Origin: Pseudomonadota bacterium
Lineage (GTDB): Bacteria > UBA10199 > 2-02-FULL-44-16 > DYJF01
Reading direction: 5' to 3'
DNA: 64,000 nucleotides
Assembly (NCBI GenBank): GCA_043823065.1
Contig: JBDRBB010000008.1
Coordinates: 159,355 to 223,354 of the forward strand
Each line of letters starts with the position of its first letter. The first letter of the stretch is position 1. A program made the translations under genes and the position numbers. The notes below the pieces were generated by a model, which worked only from the letters and a program-made list of their open reading frames with translations, did no database searches and was not told where the DNA came from. Of this stretch, positions 30,199 to 39,733 are shown piece after piece.

Positions 30199-31616
30199 AT
30201 TTAACTTTACAAGACATAATTGAAACCACGCAAGGCAGGTTTCTAAAAAAGGCAGCTTGTCATTCCCGCGAAAGCGGGAATCTAGAGGGTATAAGTATAG
30301 ATTCGCGCACTATAAAGCCTAGTGATTTGTTTATGGCGATCAAGGGTGCGCATTTTGACGGCAATGATTTTATTGCGGCAGTCATTAATAAGGGTGTGAA
30401 AGCAGTAGTGATTGATAGAGAGCTTGGTGCTGATCAATTAGCTAATATTGCTGAAAACGTCAGCGTGATCAAAGTGAATGAAGGGACAACTGCTTTAGGC
30501 GATTTAGCTAAATGGTGGCGAGCCAAATTTAAGGCAACTTGTGTGGCGATTACCGGCAGCAATGGCAAGACAACTACCAGAGAAATGGTGGCAGCAATTG
30601 CTTCAGCCAAAGGAAAAGTTTTAAAAACCGAAGGCAATTTCAATAATTTAATTGGTTTGCCTTTAACTGTTTTTAAGTGGACCAGAGAAGATCAGGTGGC
30701 GGTTTTGGAATTGGGTATGAATGCTAAAGGCGAAATCAAACGCTTAACTGAAATTTGTCAGCCTGATATTGGGGTGGTCACTAACGTGACTGCCGCTCAT
30801 TTGGAAAAATTAAATACTGTAGAAGGCGTGGCTAAAGCTAAAGCAGAACTTTTTGAACAAATGAGCGGCCAGGGTATTGCTATTATCAATGATGAAGATC
30901 CCTGGGTAAAGAAAATGGGAAAACAATATTCTGGACGCACCATAAGCTTTGGTATGCAAAATAGCAGCGATGTGCAGTTTAGACATTCAGAATGCACTGA
31001 TTTTGAAAATGTTGATCTTACTTTGGCAGTTATGGGCGAAGAAAGAAAAATTAGACTGCCTATACCTGGCACGCACAATGTGATGAATGCCTTGGCTGCA
31101 GTTGCGGTAGGTGTGGCTTTGGAAATTAAATTAGATGAAATATTGGAACGCTTGGTTTGTTTTACTCCAGTGGCTATGCGTTTTGAAAGAGTGCAGTTGG
31201 CTAATGGCGTTTGTTTAATCAATGATTCTTATAATGCCAATCCATTGTCTATGAAAGCTGCTTTTAGAACCGTGAGTTCAGTTAAAAGAGCGGGTAGGTT
31301 TATCGCAGTTTTGGGTGATATGTTGGAATTAGGTGCTCAGTCAGAAAATCTGCATAAAGAAGTAGGCCAGGATCTAGTGGAATTTGGTGTTAAAAAACTT
31401 TTTACTTTTGGAGAACGCGCTAAACAAATTGCCCAAGGAGCTTTAGAAAAAGGCTTGAGTGCCAAAGCAATTCAACAAACACAAGATATTAAAGAGTTAG
31501 AAAAATTAGTTGATGCTGAAATTCAGCCAGGAGATGTTTTGTTAGTTAAAGGTTCCAGGGGAATGCATTTGGAAAGATTAGTGGAATATTTAAAACATAA
31601 TATAGGAATAGGCTAA
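30195..31616 (+). CDS. murF: UDP-N-acetylmuramoyl-tripeptide--D-alanyl-D-alanine ligase, carrying an in-frame 24-bp hairpin-repeat insertion
   Basis: GSNGKTTT P-loop, conserved position. The N-terminal domain contains the extra residues ACHSRESGNL encoded by the repeat at 30258-30283. Confidence 0.85.
   Translation: MNLTLQDIIETTQGRFLKKAACHSRESGNLEGISIDSRTIKPSDLFMAIKGAHFDGNDFIAAVINKGVKAVVIDRELGADQLANIAENVSVIKVNEGTTALGDLAKWWRAKFKATCVAITGSNGKTTTREMVAAIASAKGKVLKTEGNFNNLIGLPLTVFKWTREDQVAVLELGMNAKGEIKRLTEICQPDIGVVTNVTAAHLEKLNTVEGVAKAKAELFEQMSGQGIAIINDEDPWVKKMGKQYSGRTISFGMQNSSDVQFRHSECTDFENVDLTLAVMGEERKIRLPIPGTHNVMNALAAVAVGVALEIKLDEILERLVCFTPVAMRFERVQLANGVCLINDSYNANPLSMKAAFRTVSSVKRAGRFIAVLGDMLELGAQSENLHKEVGQDLVEFGVKKLFTFGERAKQIAQGALEKGLSAKAIQQTQDIKELEKLVDAEIQPGDVLLVKGSRGMHLERLVEYLKHNIGIG
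30258..30283. repeat. GNRA-tetraloop hairpin element GTCATTCCCGCGAAAGCGGGAATC (copy 1, in-frame within murF)
   Basis: Perfect 7-bp stem TTCCCGC/GCGGGAA around a GAAA loop. Near-identical copies occur at 33388 and 40533. Confidence 0.75.
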
Positions 31617-32695
31617 TGCTATATCACTTATTATATCCTTTGTATGAGCAGTTTATAGGTTTCAATGTCTTAAGGTACGTCACTTTTAGAACATTTGGAG
31701 CCTTGTTTACTGCTCTGGCTATCTACTTTATTTTTGGCAAACCCATGATCTCTTTTTTGATTCGCAAAAGGGTGTGGCAAACAGTGCGAAGTGATGGGCC
31801 AGTAAATCATATTATTGATAAGCGTGGAACGCCAACCATGGGCGGTATCTTGTTGTGGCTATCAGTAATTGTCTCTGTGCTTTTATGGACCAGGTTTGAT
31901 CAATTATATGTCTTAATTGGTTTGGCCCTGGCTGTTGGGTTTGCAGCCATTGGTTTAATTGATGATTATCGCAAAGTGGTTCTCAAAGATGCCAAGGGTT
32001 TAAGGGCTCGTTACAAATTTCCCTTGCAGGTTATGGTGGCCTTGGTGGTTGTTTTAGTTCTTTATGATTGTTTGGGTTCGAGCACTATTTTATCCGTGCC
32101 TTTTTTTAAGAACTTTCAACCAGATTTAGGCTGGTATTATTATCCATTTGCCGTGTGTGTAATTGTCGGCGCTTCCAATGCCGTGAATTTGACCGATGGT
32201 TTAGATGGTTTGGTAAGTGTTCCTTCAATTGTGGCTTTTTTTGCCTATGCAGGGCTGGCTTATATTGCTGGTCACATGGTTATAGCTTCTTATTTAACAG
32301 TACCTTTTGTCTCAGGTAGTGGTGAATTGACTGTGATGTGCGGGGCAATTGTTGGCGCTTGCCTGGGTTTTCTGTGGTTTAATTCTCAACCAGCTTCTGT
32401 GTTTATGGGCGATGTAGGCTCACTGCCTTTAGGCGCAACATTGGGTTATGTGGCTTTGGTTACCAAAAATGAACTCTTGCTTTTAATTATTGGCGGAATT
32501 TTTGTCTTGGAAACAATTTCGGTTATTACCCAAGTTGTTTCTTTTAAGTTAACCAAAAAACGTATTTTTAGAATGGCGCCTTTGCATCATCATTTTGAAC
32601 TTAAGGGGTGGGCAGAATCCAAAGTAATTGTGCGTTTCTGGATTATTGCCTTTGTTTTGGCATTGATTAGTTTAACAACTTTGAAATTACGTTAA
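31616..32695 (+). CDS. mraY: Phospho-N-acetylmuramoyl-pentapeptide transferase
   Basis: Ten-TM protein with NAVNLTDGLDGL and HHHFE motifs. Confidence 0.9.
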   Translation: MLYHLLYPLYEQFIGFNVLRYVTFRTFGALFTALAIYFIFGKPMISFLIRKRVWQTVRSDGPVNHIIDKRGTPTMGGILLWLSVIVSVLLWTRFDQLYVLIGLALAVGFAAIGLIDDYRKVVLKDAKGLRARYKFPLQVMVALVVVLVLYDCLGSSTILSVPFFKNFQPDLGWYYYPFAVCVIVGASNAVNLTDGLDGLVSVPSIVAFFAYAGLAYIAGHMVIASYLTVPFVSGSGELTVMCGAIVGACLGFLWFNSQPASVFMGDVGSLPLGATLGYVALVTKNELLLLIIGGIFVLETISVITQVVSFKLTKKRIFRMAPLHHHFELKGWAESKVIVRFWIIAFVLALISLTTLKLR

Positions 32696-32698
32696 AAT

Positions 32699-34096
32699 AT
32701 GGAAGATCTAAAGAATAAAAAAGTACTCATTATTGGTTTGGCGCGGTCTGGCCTGGCAGCAGCTCGTTTTGCTGCTGAGCGCGGAGCCAAAGTTATTGTT
32801 TCAGACAGCAAGCCAGAGAAACAGCTTAAAGAACAAGTGCAATTCTTGAAAGATTTGAACTTAGAATTTTCTTTAGGAAAAAATGATCAAAGCTTAATGA
32901 CCAAGGCAGATTTAATAGTGGCTAGCCCAGGTGTACCCTTGAATTTAGCTGGGCTAGATCAAGCCAGAGCTAAGGGTATTCCCATAGTTTCTGAAATGGA
33001 ATTGGCGCTAAATGAAATCAATAAACCTATTATAGCTATAACAGGCACTAATGGAAAAACTACGACGACTTCTTTGATTGGCCATGTCTTGCACCAGTCA
33101 GGATTAAAGGTTTGTGTTGCGGGCAATATTGGTCAGGCCTTAAGTGGTATGGTAAAAGAAGCAAATGCAGCTGATTGGGTGGTTTTAGAGGTGAGTAGTT
33201 TTCAATTAGAAACCACGCCATCTTTGGCTCCGCAAATAGCCATTTTGCTAAATGTGACAGCAGATCATTTAGATCGTCATGGAAATTTGGAAAAATATCT
33301 TCAGGCCAAGTTGAAAATTTTTGCCAATCTTAAACCAAATGGATTTGGTGTTTATAATGCCGAGATTGCCTGTCAGCCCTCAGTTGCTTGTCATTCCCGC
33401 GAAAGCGGGGATCCAACTCTAGATCTCTGCCTACGCAGGGATGACAAACATAGAAACTATATTGCTTTTAACGCTAAAAATGATTTCCAGCAAGGAAACT
33501 TGATAACCAGGATAAAAGAATATGGCGAAAAATCCTGGAGCTTGGCTGAAGTAAATTTATTTGGTGCGCATAATTATGAGAATTTATTGGCAGCTATTAT
33601 CGCCTCCCAACTGGTCGGTCTGGAAGACCAAACCATAGCGCAGGGTTTAAAAACTTTTAAGGGTTTGCCGCATCGTTTGGAACTAGTTGGTGAGCAAAAT
33701 GGGGTGCGCTATTTTAATGATTCCAAAGGTACTAATGTCGGAGCCACAATTGCTGCTCTAGAAAATTTTCAAAATGTAATCTTGATTGCTGGTGGACAGG
33801 GAAAAGGCGGAGATTTTCTGGATTTAGCAGCAGTAATTTCCCAGCGAGTAAAGAAAATGATTTTGATTGGCGAAACCAAACAGCAAATAGCGGAACAGCT
33901 TGGCAAGTTAACTGATACGGTATTTGCCGATAACCTGGAACAAGCAGTTAAATTGGCGCATCATTCAGCAGGAAATAGCGATGTAGTCTTGCTTTCTCCA
34001 GCCTGCGCCAGCTTTGATATGTTCAAGGATTATGTAGAACGGGGAGATGTTTTTAAAAAAGAGGTAAGTAAATATTTGACTAAAGATTGTCATTGA
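32699..34096 (+). CDS. murD: UDP-N-acetylmuramoylalanine--D-glutamate ligase, carrying an in-frame 60-bp composite hairpin-repeat insertion
   Basis: GTNGKTTTT P-loop. The insert CHSRESGDPTLDLCLRRDDK is encoded by 33388-33447. Confidence 0.85.
   Translation: MEDLKNKKVLIIGLARSGLAAARFAAERGAKVIVSDSKPEKQLKEQVQFLKDLNLEFSLGKNDQSLMTKADLIVASPGVPLNLAGLDQARAKGIPIVSEMELALNEINKPIIAITGTNGKTTTTSLIGHVLHQSGLKVCVAGNIGQALSGMVKEANAADWVVLEVSSFQLETTPSLAPQIAILLNVTADHLDRHGNLEKYLQAKLKIFANLKPNGFGVYNAEIACQPSVACHSRESGDPTLDLCLRRDDKHRNYIAFNAKNDFQQGNLITRIKEYGEKSWSLAEVNLFGAHNYENLLAAIIASQLVGLEDQTIAQGLKTFKGLPHRLELVGEQNGVRYFNDSKGTNVGATIAALENFQNVILIAGGQGKGGDFLDLAAVISQRVKKMILIGETKQQIAEQLGKLTDTVFADNLEQAVKLAHHSAGNSDVVLLSPACASFDMFKDYVERGDVFKKEVSKYLTKDCH
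33388..33447. repeat. 60-bp composite element with inverted termini TTGTCAT…ATGACAA (copy 2 of the hairpin family plus a degenerate inverted partner), in-frame within murD
   Basis: TTGTCATTCCCGCGAAAGCGGGGATC…GATCTCTGCCTACGCAGGGATGACAA. The length is a multiple of 3. Confidence 0.7.
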
Positions 34097-35223
34097 ATAT
34101 GAATTTTACTGAACTTAAAAAAATGCATTTTGATTCCTGGTTGCTCTTTTTAACCATCTTACTGGTTGGTTGTGGAGTAATTATGGTGTATAGCTCCAGC
34201 GCGGTTTTGGCCCAGGAACGTTTTGGAGATAGCTATTTTTATTTAAAACGCACTTTAGCTTTTGCAGTAGTTGGTTTTATCGCCATGGCCATTGCCTTAA
34301 AAGTGCCTTACCGCATTTATTATCGCTTGGTTTATCCAATTTTAATTGGTTCTTTGATTTTAGTGTTTTTGGTTTTTATCCCGCAAATTGGCAAGACCAT
34401 TGGCGGCGCTACGCGCTGGATAAATTTGGGTCCAGTTGCTTTTCAGCCCTCTGAATTGGCCAAGGTAGCCATGATAATCTTTCTGGCTTATTCTTTGGAA
34501 AAAAAGGCAGAAAAAATAAGATCTTTTAGCATAGGCTTGGTGCCGCACTTGCTGGTGATGTTTGTGGTGGCTGGCTCTATTTTGGCGCAGAAAGATTTTG
34601 GCGCAGCAGCCATGATTGCCGCTATCACCTGGTTTATGCTTTTTGCAGCTGGAGCTAAAAAAAGTTATTTATTTGGCATGATTGCCTTGTTGATTCCATT
34701 TGCCTATATGTTTTTGTCGTTAGAAGGGTATCGCAAACGTCGCATCTTGGCTTTTCTTAATCCTTGGAGCGATCAATATGGGGCTGGTTTTCAGATTATT
34801 CAATCTTTTGTGGCTTTTAATGAAGGTGGTTGGTTGGGTCGCGGTTTAGGCGAAGGTCGCCAAAAATTATTTTATCTACCAGAAGCCCATACTGATTTTA
34901 TTTTTTCGGTTATTGGGGAAGAAATGGGCTTAATCGGCGTTATTGCTGTTATAGTTTTGTTTGCCTTGTTTTGCTATCGGGGTTTACATATTGCTTTGCA
35001 AGCGCCAGACATGTTTGGCCGATATTTAGCCACTGGCGGCACTTTGCTTATTTGTTTGTCCGCAGTTTTTAATATGGGTGTGGTTATGGGGTTGTTGCCC
35101 ACGAAAGGCATGGTTTTGCCGTTTATTAGTTATGGGGGTTCTTCATTAGTTGTCTTGCTGGTTGTGGTGGGAATTTTACTAAATATTTCCTCCTATAAAC
35201 GTGTAGAGGAAGTAAATATATGA
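34087..35223 (+). CDS. ftsW: Peptidoglycan glycosyltransferase / lipid II flippase FtsW (SEDS family)
   Basis: Multi-TM SEDS protein, conserved position between murD and murG. Confidence 0.85.
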   Translation: MSLNMNFTELKKMHFDSWLLFLTILLVGCGVIMVYSSSAVLAQERFGDSYFYLKRTLAFAVVGFIAMAIALKVPYRIYYRLVYPILIGSLILVFLVFIPQIGKTIGGATRWINLGPVAFQPSELAKVAMIIFLAYSLEKKAEKIRSFSIGLVPHLLVMFVVAGSILAQKDFGAAAMIAAITWFMLFAAGAKKSYLFGMIALLIPFAYMFLSLEGYRKRRILAFLNPWSDQYGAGFQIIQSFVAFNEGGWLGRGLGEGRQKLFYLPEAHTDFIFSVIGEEMGLIGVIAVIVLFALFCYRGLHIALQAPDMFGRYLATGGTLLICLSAVFNMGVVMGLLPTKGMVLPFISYGGSSLVVLLVVVGILLNISSYKRVEEVNI

Positions 35224-36317
35224 GCGATACTAGATATAAAAATAAAGTTTTGATTGCCTGTGGAGGAACAGGTGGACACGTGTTTCCTGGCGTGGCCATT
35301 GCCCAAGCTTTTGAAAAAATAAGTCCAGAAACTGAACTAGTGTTTGCTGGTACCAAGCGTGGTTTGGAAAACCAGGTAATAGCAGACTCTAAATATCGTT
35401 TGCTGAAGTTAGAAGCACTATCCTTAAAAGATCGTAAATGGATAGGAAAAATTAGCGCCTATGTTTTTTTGCCAATAACTTTGTTTAAGGCCCGTCAAAT
35501 CTTAAAAACTGAAACACCAGATTTGGTAATTGGCGTTGGTGGCTATGCTGCAGGCCCATTGTGTTTAATGGCTGCTTTAATGAACATTCCTACGGCAATT
35601 GTTGAGCCTAATGCTATTGCTGGTCTTAGTAATCGTTGGCTAGGACATTTTGTAAAAAGAATTTACACAGGATTTTCAGAAGTTGGGGAGTTTTTTCCCA
35701 GACAAAAAGTTCTGTTAACTGGCAATCCAGTACGCCAAGAAATTGTGGAGTTGCGAGATAAAAATAGATTTGCCGGAGATTTTATTAATATTTTCTGTTT
35801 TGGCGGATCGCAGGGAGCAAAGCCTATTAACGAAGCTTTGGTTGATGCTTTGCCGCATTTAGTAAGTGCTAAAAAGAAGCTTAAATTTATGCATCAGGTT
35901 GGTAAAAAAGATGATCTAGAAAAAATAAAGCAGGCTTATAAAACCAATGGTTTTGAGGCCCAGGTTTTTGAGTTCTCAACAGAGATTTGGAAGTTTTATG
36001 CTAACGCAGATTTGGTGGTTGGGCGCAGCGGGGCAACGACCACCGCCGAGGTGGCAGTTGTTGGTTTGCCGGCTATTTTAGTGCCATACCCCTATGCTGC
36101 TGATGATCATCAGCGGGCCAATGCTCAAAATCTGGAACGTTGCGGCGGGATTAAACTGATTATGCAGGATAAATTAAACGGTAAAACTTTGGCCGAAGAG
36201 ATTATTAAATTAGGTTCAGATAAATTGTTAATGATGCGCTCAGCCTTATTAAAATGTGGCAAGCCTGATGCAGCTGAAAGAATTGTGCAAGATTGCTTAA
36301 AATTAATGAGTAAATGA
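35220..36317 (+). CDS. murG: UDP-N-acetylglucosamine--N-acetylmuramyl-(pentapeptide) pyrophosphoryl-undecaprenol GlcNAc transferase
   Basis: GGTGGHVFP N-terminal motif and a GT28 fold. ATGA overlap with ftsW. Confidence 0.85.
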   Translation: MSDTRYKNKVLIACGGTGGHVFPGVAIAQAFEKISPETELVFAGTKRGLENQVIADSKYRLLKLEALSLKDRKWIGKISAYVFLPITLFKARQILKTETPDLVIGVGGYAAGPLCLMAALMNIPTAIVEPNAIAGLSNRWLGHFVKRIYTGFSEVGEFFPRQKVLLTGNPVRQEIVELRDKNRFAGDFINIFCFGGSQGAKPINEALVDALPHLVSAKKKLKFMHQVGKKDDLEKIKQAYKTNGFEAQVFEFSTEIWKFYANADLVVGRSGATTTAEVAVVGLPAILVPYPYAADDHQRANAQNLERCGGIKLIMQDKLNGKTLAEEIIKLGSDKLLMMRSALLKCGKPDAAERIVQDCLKLMSK

Positions 36318-36320
36318 AAT

Positions 36321-37691
36321 ATGTTTAATAAATATCAAAAAATACATTTTGTGGGCATTGGCGGCATTGGCATGAGCGGAATTGCTGAAATTTTGCTGAC
36401 GCGCGGCTTAACTGTAACAGGATCTGATCTTAAATTAAGCTCAGTCACCAAGAAACTGAAAAGACGGGGAGCTACAATTTGGGAAGGTCATCATAAAAAA
36501 CACGTTTTTGGCGCCCATGTGGTAGTAGTTTCCTCTGCGGTTTCCAAAACAAACCCAGAAGTTAAGCAGGCCTTAAAAATGGGTGTGCCAGTGGTGCCCA
36601 GAGCAGAAATGCTGGCAGAACTAATGCGTCTAAATTATGGTATTGCTGTAGCTGGTACCCACGGCAAGACCACCACCACTTCTTTAATAGCCAGTGTTTT
36701 AGAGAAAGCTGGATTTGATCCAACAGTGGTGATTGGCGGTAAGGTTAAGAGTTTGCGCGGCAATGCCAGAACTGGTAAGGGTAATTTTTTGGTGGCAGAA
36801 GCAGATGAATCAGATCGTTCATTTTTAAAGCTATCGCCTACCATTGGCGTGATTACCAATATTGATCCAGAACATTTGGAGAATTATCGCAGTTTTAATC
36901 ATCTTAAAGAAGCCTTTGCCAATTTTGCTAACAAAGTTCCTTTCTATGGTTCAACTATTTGTTGTTCAGATCATCCAGTGGTTAGGCGTATTTTGCCTAA
37001 AGTGGATCGCCGTCTGATTACTTATGGTGTAAATGGCGGGTCAGACTATACTGCTAAAAATATTTTGGTTCAAAATGATCGCCTAAATTTTGAAGTTTAT
37101 TATCAGCAGGAAAGTTTGGGTAAAATTACTTTACCCATGGTTGGCCGTCATCAGGTAATGAATGCCTTGGCAGCGATTGCTGTGGGACGCGAACTAGATA
37201 TTCCCTTTGCCTCCATAAAAAAATCCTTAAAATGTTTTAGCGGCATTTCTCGCAGGTTTGAGGTTTTGTCCAGAAAAGGTCCTTTGGTGGTAGATGATTA
37301 TGCTCACCATCCAGTGGAAATTGCTGCTACTATAGTTGCCGCTAAAGAGAGTTGGCCAGAGAAGCGCCTGATTGCAGTTGTTCAACCCCATAGGTTTAGC
37401 AGGCTTAAGGCTTTGTTTGAGGAATTTGTGCAAGTGTTAAAACCAGCAGACATGATTCTAGTAATGGATGTTTATGCTGCTAGTGAAAAACCTTTGCGCG
37501 GCATTTCTGGTAAAAACTTATGTGAGGCCATTAGAAAGAAATATCTGAAAAAACCAGTGGCTTATGCGCCAAACAAGGCAGAGGTTTTTACTAATCTAAA
37601 CTCCTGGTGTGGTCAGGATGATTTGGTTTTATTTTTAGGAGCTGGAGATATAACAAAAGTGGCACACGAATATGCTAAGACGCTTAAATAA
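36321..37691 (+). CDS. murC: UDP-N-acetylmuramate--L-alanine ligase
   Basis: GIGGIGMSG N-terminus and a GTHGKTTTT P-loop. Confidence 0.85.
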   Translation: MFNKYQKIHFVGIGGIGMSGIAEILLTRGLTVTGSDLKLSSVTKKLKRRGATIWEGHHKKHVFGAHVVVVSSAVSKTNPEVKQALKMGVPVVPRAEMLAELMRLNYGIAVAGTHGKTTTTSLIASVLEKAGFDPTVVIGGKVKSLRGNARTGKGNFLVAEADESDRSFLKLSPTIGVITNIDPEHLENYRSFNHLKEAFANFANKVPFYGSTICCSDHPVVRRILPKVDRRLITYGVNGGSDYTAKNILVQNDRLNFEVYYQQESLGKITLPMVGRHQVMNALAAIAVGRELDIPFASIKKSLKCFSGISRRFEVLSRKGPLVVDDYAHHPVEIAATIVAAKESWPEKRLIAVVQPHRFSRLKALFEEFVQVLKPADMILVMDVYAASEKPLRGISGKNLCEAIRKKYLKKPVAYAPNKAEVFTNLNSWCGQDDLVLFLGAGDITKVAHEYAKTLK

Positions 37692-37694
37692 AGA

Positions 37695-37780
37695 GGTTCT
37701 CGACAAGCTCGAACAATAAAGAGCATCAAATATTCTTCGAGCGAGTCTCTCGACTTTGCTCGAGACGAGTCGAGAAGATA
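37695..37780. repeat. Mosaic palindromic intergenic repeat (family copy A: GTTCTCGAC…CTCGAACAATAA…TATTCTTCGAGCGAG…GTCGAGAAGAT) between murC and murB
   Basis: Shares the TTCTCGAC / CTCGAACAATA / TATTCTTCGAGC / GTCGAGAAGA blocks with copies at 38727, 41833, 47818, 55019-55706, 57084 and 59833. Confidence 0.7.
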
Positions 37781-37784
37781 ACCA

Positions 37785-38728
37785 ATGACGCTAACTGGAA
37801 AACAACAAGAGAAGTTACAGGAAATAGCCCAAGATTGTGTGCTTTTTGAAGAAAGGCTGGCCAAATATTCAACCATTCAAATTGGCGGGCTGGTTGATGC
37901 TTTAGTAACGCCTGCCAATTTGGATATGCTCAAACAAGTTTTGAATTGGGCCAAGCAGGAAAGGATTCCCTATTTGTTTTTAGGAGCAGCTAGCAATACC
38001 TTAATTCGCGATGGTGGTTTTAGGGGAATTATTCTGCGCCTGAAAAAAGGTTTTGATCAAATAGAAGTGATTAATCAGGCTGGGGAGGATGTTTTTATCA
38101 GCGTTGGCGCGGGCCTTTTTACTGCTACTTTGGTGCAGTTTGCTGCGGAAAATGGTTTTGCTGGCCTGGAATTTTTAGCCGGAATTCCAGGTTGTGTGGG
38201 TGGTAATGTGCTGACCAATGCTGGTACTAATGAATCTTGCGTTGCTGATGTGTTAGATGAAATTTCTGTGGTAGATCGTTCGGAAAAAGAAATGAGCCTC
38301 AAACGCAAGGCCTTGGATTTTTCTTATCGCAACTTGAAGCTGGCCAGATCTACCGCAGTTATTAAAGCAGTTTTTAGATTAAAAAAAACAGATCCAGAGC
38401 AGGTGCGACACGCTGTGGAAAAGTTAATTGAAAAACGCAAACAAAGTCAGCCCTGGGGTAAATTAAGTTTAGGCTGTGTATTTAAAAACCCGATTGCTGG
38501 TAAAGGTAAAAAGAATTTAAGCGCGGCAAGTTAATTGATGAGTTGGGTTTAAAACAGGTGCGTGTTGGCCAAGCCAGGGTTTCAGAAAAACATGCTAATT
38601 TTATTATTAATGAAGGTGGGGCCACAGCGCGCGATGTTGAGGTTTTAATGGGGTTGATCAAGGAAAAAGTCAAACAGCGTTTTGGCTTAAATTTAGAACC
38701 AGAGATAGGGATAATAGGAGAGATCTAG
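37785..38728 (+). CDS. murB: UDP-N-acetylenolpyruvoylglucosamine reductase, reading frame broken by an apparent -1 frameshift (ORFs 37785..38534 and 38543..38728)
   Basis: First ORF has the MurB FAD-binding domain. The downstream -1 frame reads …RGKLIDELGLKQVRVGQARVSEKHANFIINEG…, the conserved MurB C-terminus. Both frames are open across 38510-38534. Confidence 0.7.
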
Positions 38729-38781
38729 TTCTCGAGGCGCTTCGCTTACTCGAACAATATTGTTCGAGCTTGTCGAGAACA
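38727..38781. repeat. Mosaic palindromic intergenic repeat (copy B) between murB and ddl; near-perfect 55-bp palindrome
   Basis: AGTTCTCGAGGCGCTTCGCTTACTCGAACAATATTGTTCGAGCTTGTCGAGAACAAG. The core CTCGAACAATATTGTTCGAG is a perfect palindrome. Confidence 0.75.
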
Positions 38782-38794
38782 AGAAAGGGCTCAG

Positions 38795-39733
38795 ATGCTT
38801 AATAAGTGGAAAGATAAAAAAATTGCAGTGCTAATGGGTGGTCAAACAAAAGAGCGGGAGATCTCGTTAAAAACAGGCGCAGCCATTAGCAAGGCCTTGA
38901 ATAAATTAGGTTACCAAGTCGTAGATATTGATGTTGGTAACGATTTGGTAGAAAGATTGAGGAAAGAAAATATCCAGGTGGCGTTTATTGCTTTACATGG
39001 CAAGTTTGGTGAAGATGGTTGCGTGCAAGGGTTACTTGAAATGTTACGCATTCCTTATACCGGCACTGGTGTTATTGGCTCAGCAATTGGCATGGATAAG
39101 ATTATTTGTGACATGGTGGCCAAACAGCTGGATATTCGTCTGCCTAGGGAACAGTTTTTTTATTTTAATCATGAACCTAAAGAGACAATTGTTAAAAAAG
39201 TTGAAATTGATTTGCCTTTAGTGGTGAAGCCAGCCAGGGAAGGCTCAACCATTAATCTTAGTATTGTGCGCCAGCCCGAAGAACTTGAGCCGGCGATTAT
39301 CACAGCAGCCAAATCAGATAATAAAATTATTATTCAGGAATATATTGCCGGCAAAGAAGTTACTGTTGGTTTGCTTAACGGCCAAGCCCTGCCAGTATTG
39401 GAAATCGTGCCTAAAAGCGGTTTTTACGATTATACTTCAAAATACACTAAAGGCCTGACTGAATATATTGTGCCAGCGCGCATTTCGGAAAAATGCGCAG
39501 AAAAGATTCAAAAATGGAGTGCTGATATATTTAAGGCCTTGGAGGGCTCAGGCGTGGCGCGTTGCGATTATATTATAGATAAAAATGATCAGGCCTATTT
39601 TTTAGAGATTAACACTATTCCAGGCATGACCGAATTGTCATTGGTGCCTAAAGCAGCTGCCCATATAGGTATCAGCTTTGAACAATTAGTGGAGCAAATA
39701 TTAGACGCAGCAGCGCTAAAGGTGAATATATAA
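38795..39733 (+). CDS. ddl: D-alanine--D-alanine ligase
   Basis: ATP-grasp fold. N-terminal motif (HG.FGEDG) and C-terminal E-N (FLEINTIPGMT) motif. Confidence 0.85.
   Translation: MLNKWKDKKIAVLMGGQTKEREISLKTGAAISKALNKLGYQVVDIDVGNDLVERLRKENIQVAFIALHGKFGEDGCVQGLLEMLRIPYTGTGVIGSAIGMDKIICDMVAKQLDIRLPREQFFYFNHEPKETIVKKVEIDLPLVVKPAREGSTINLSIVRQPEELEPAIITAAKSDNKIIIQEYIAGKEVTVGLLNGQALPVLEIVPKSGFYDYTSKYTKGLTEYIVPARISEKCAEKIQKWSADIFKALEGSGVARCDYIIDKNDQAYFLEINTIPGMTELSLVPKAAAHIGISFEQLVEQILDAAALKVNI

Noticed and set aside
30255-30290. CHSRESG looked like a conserved catalytic or metal-binding motif shared by MurF and MurD
   Set aside because: The shared residues are encoded by identical nucleotide sequence (a hairpin repeat) rather than by divergent codons. 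They fall where orthologs lack residues, so the peptide is repeat-derived.
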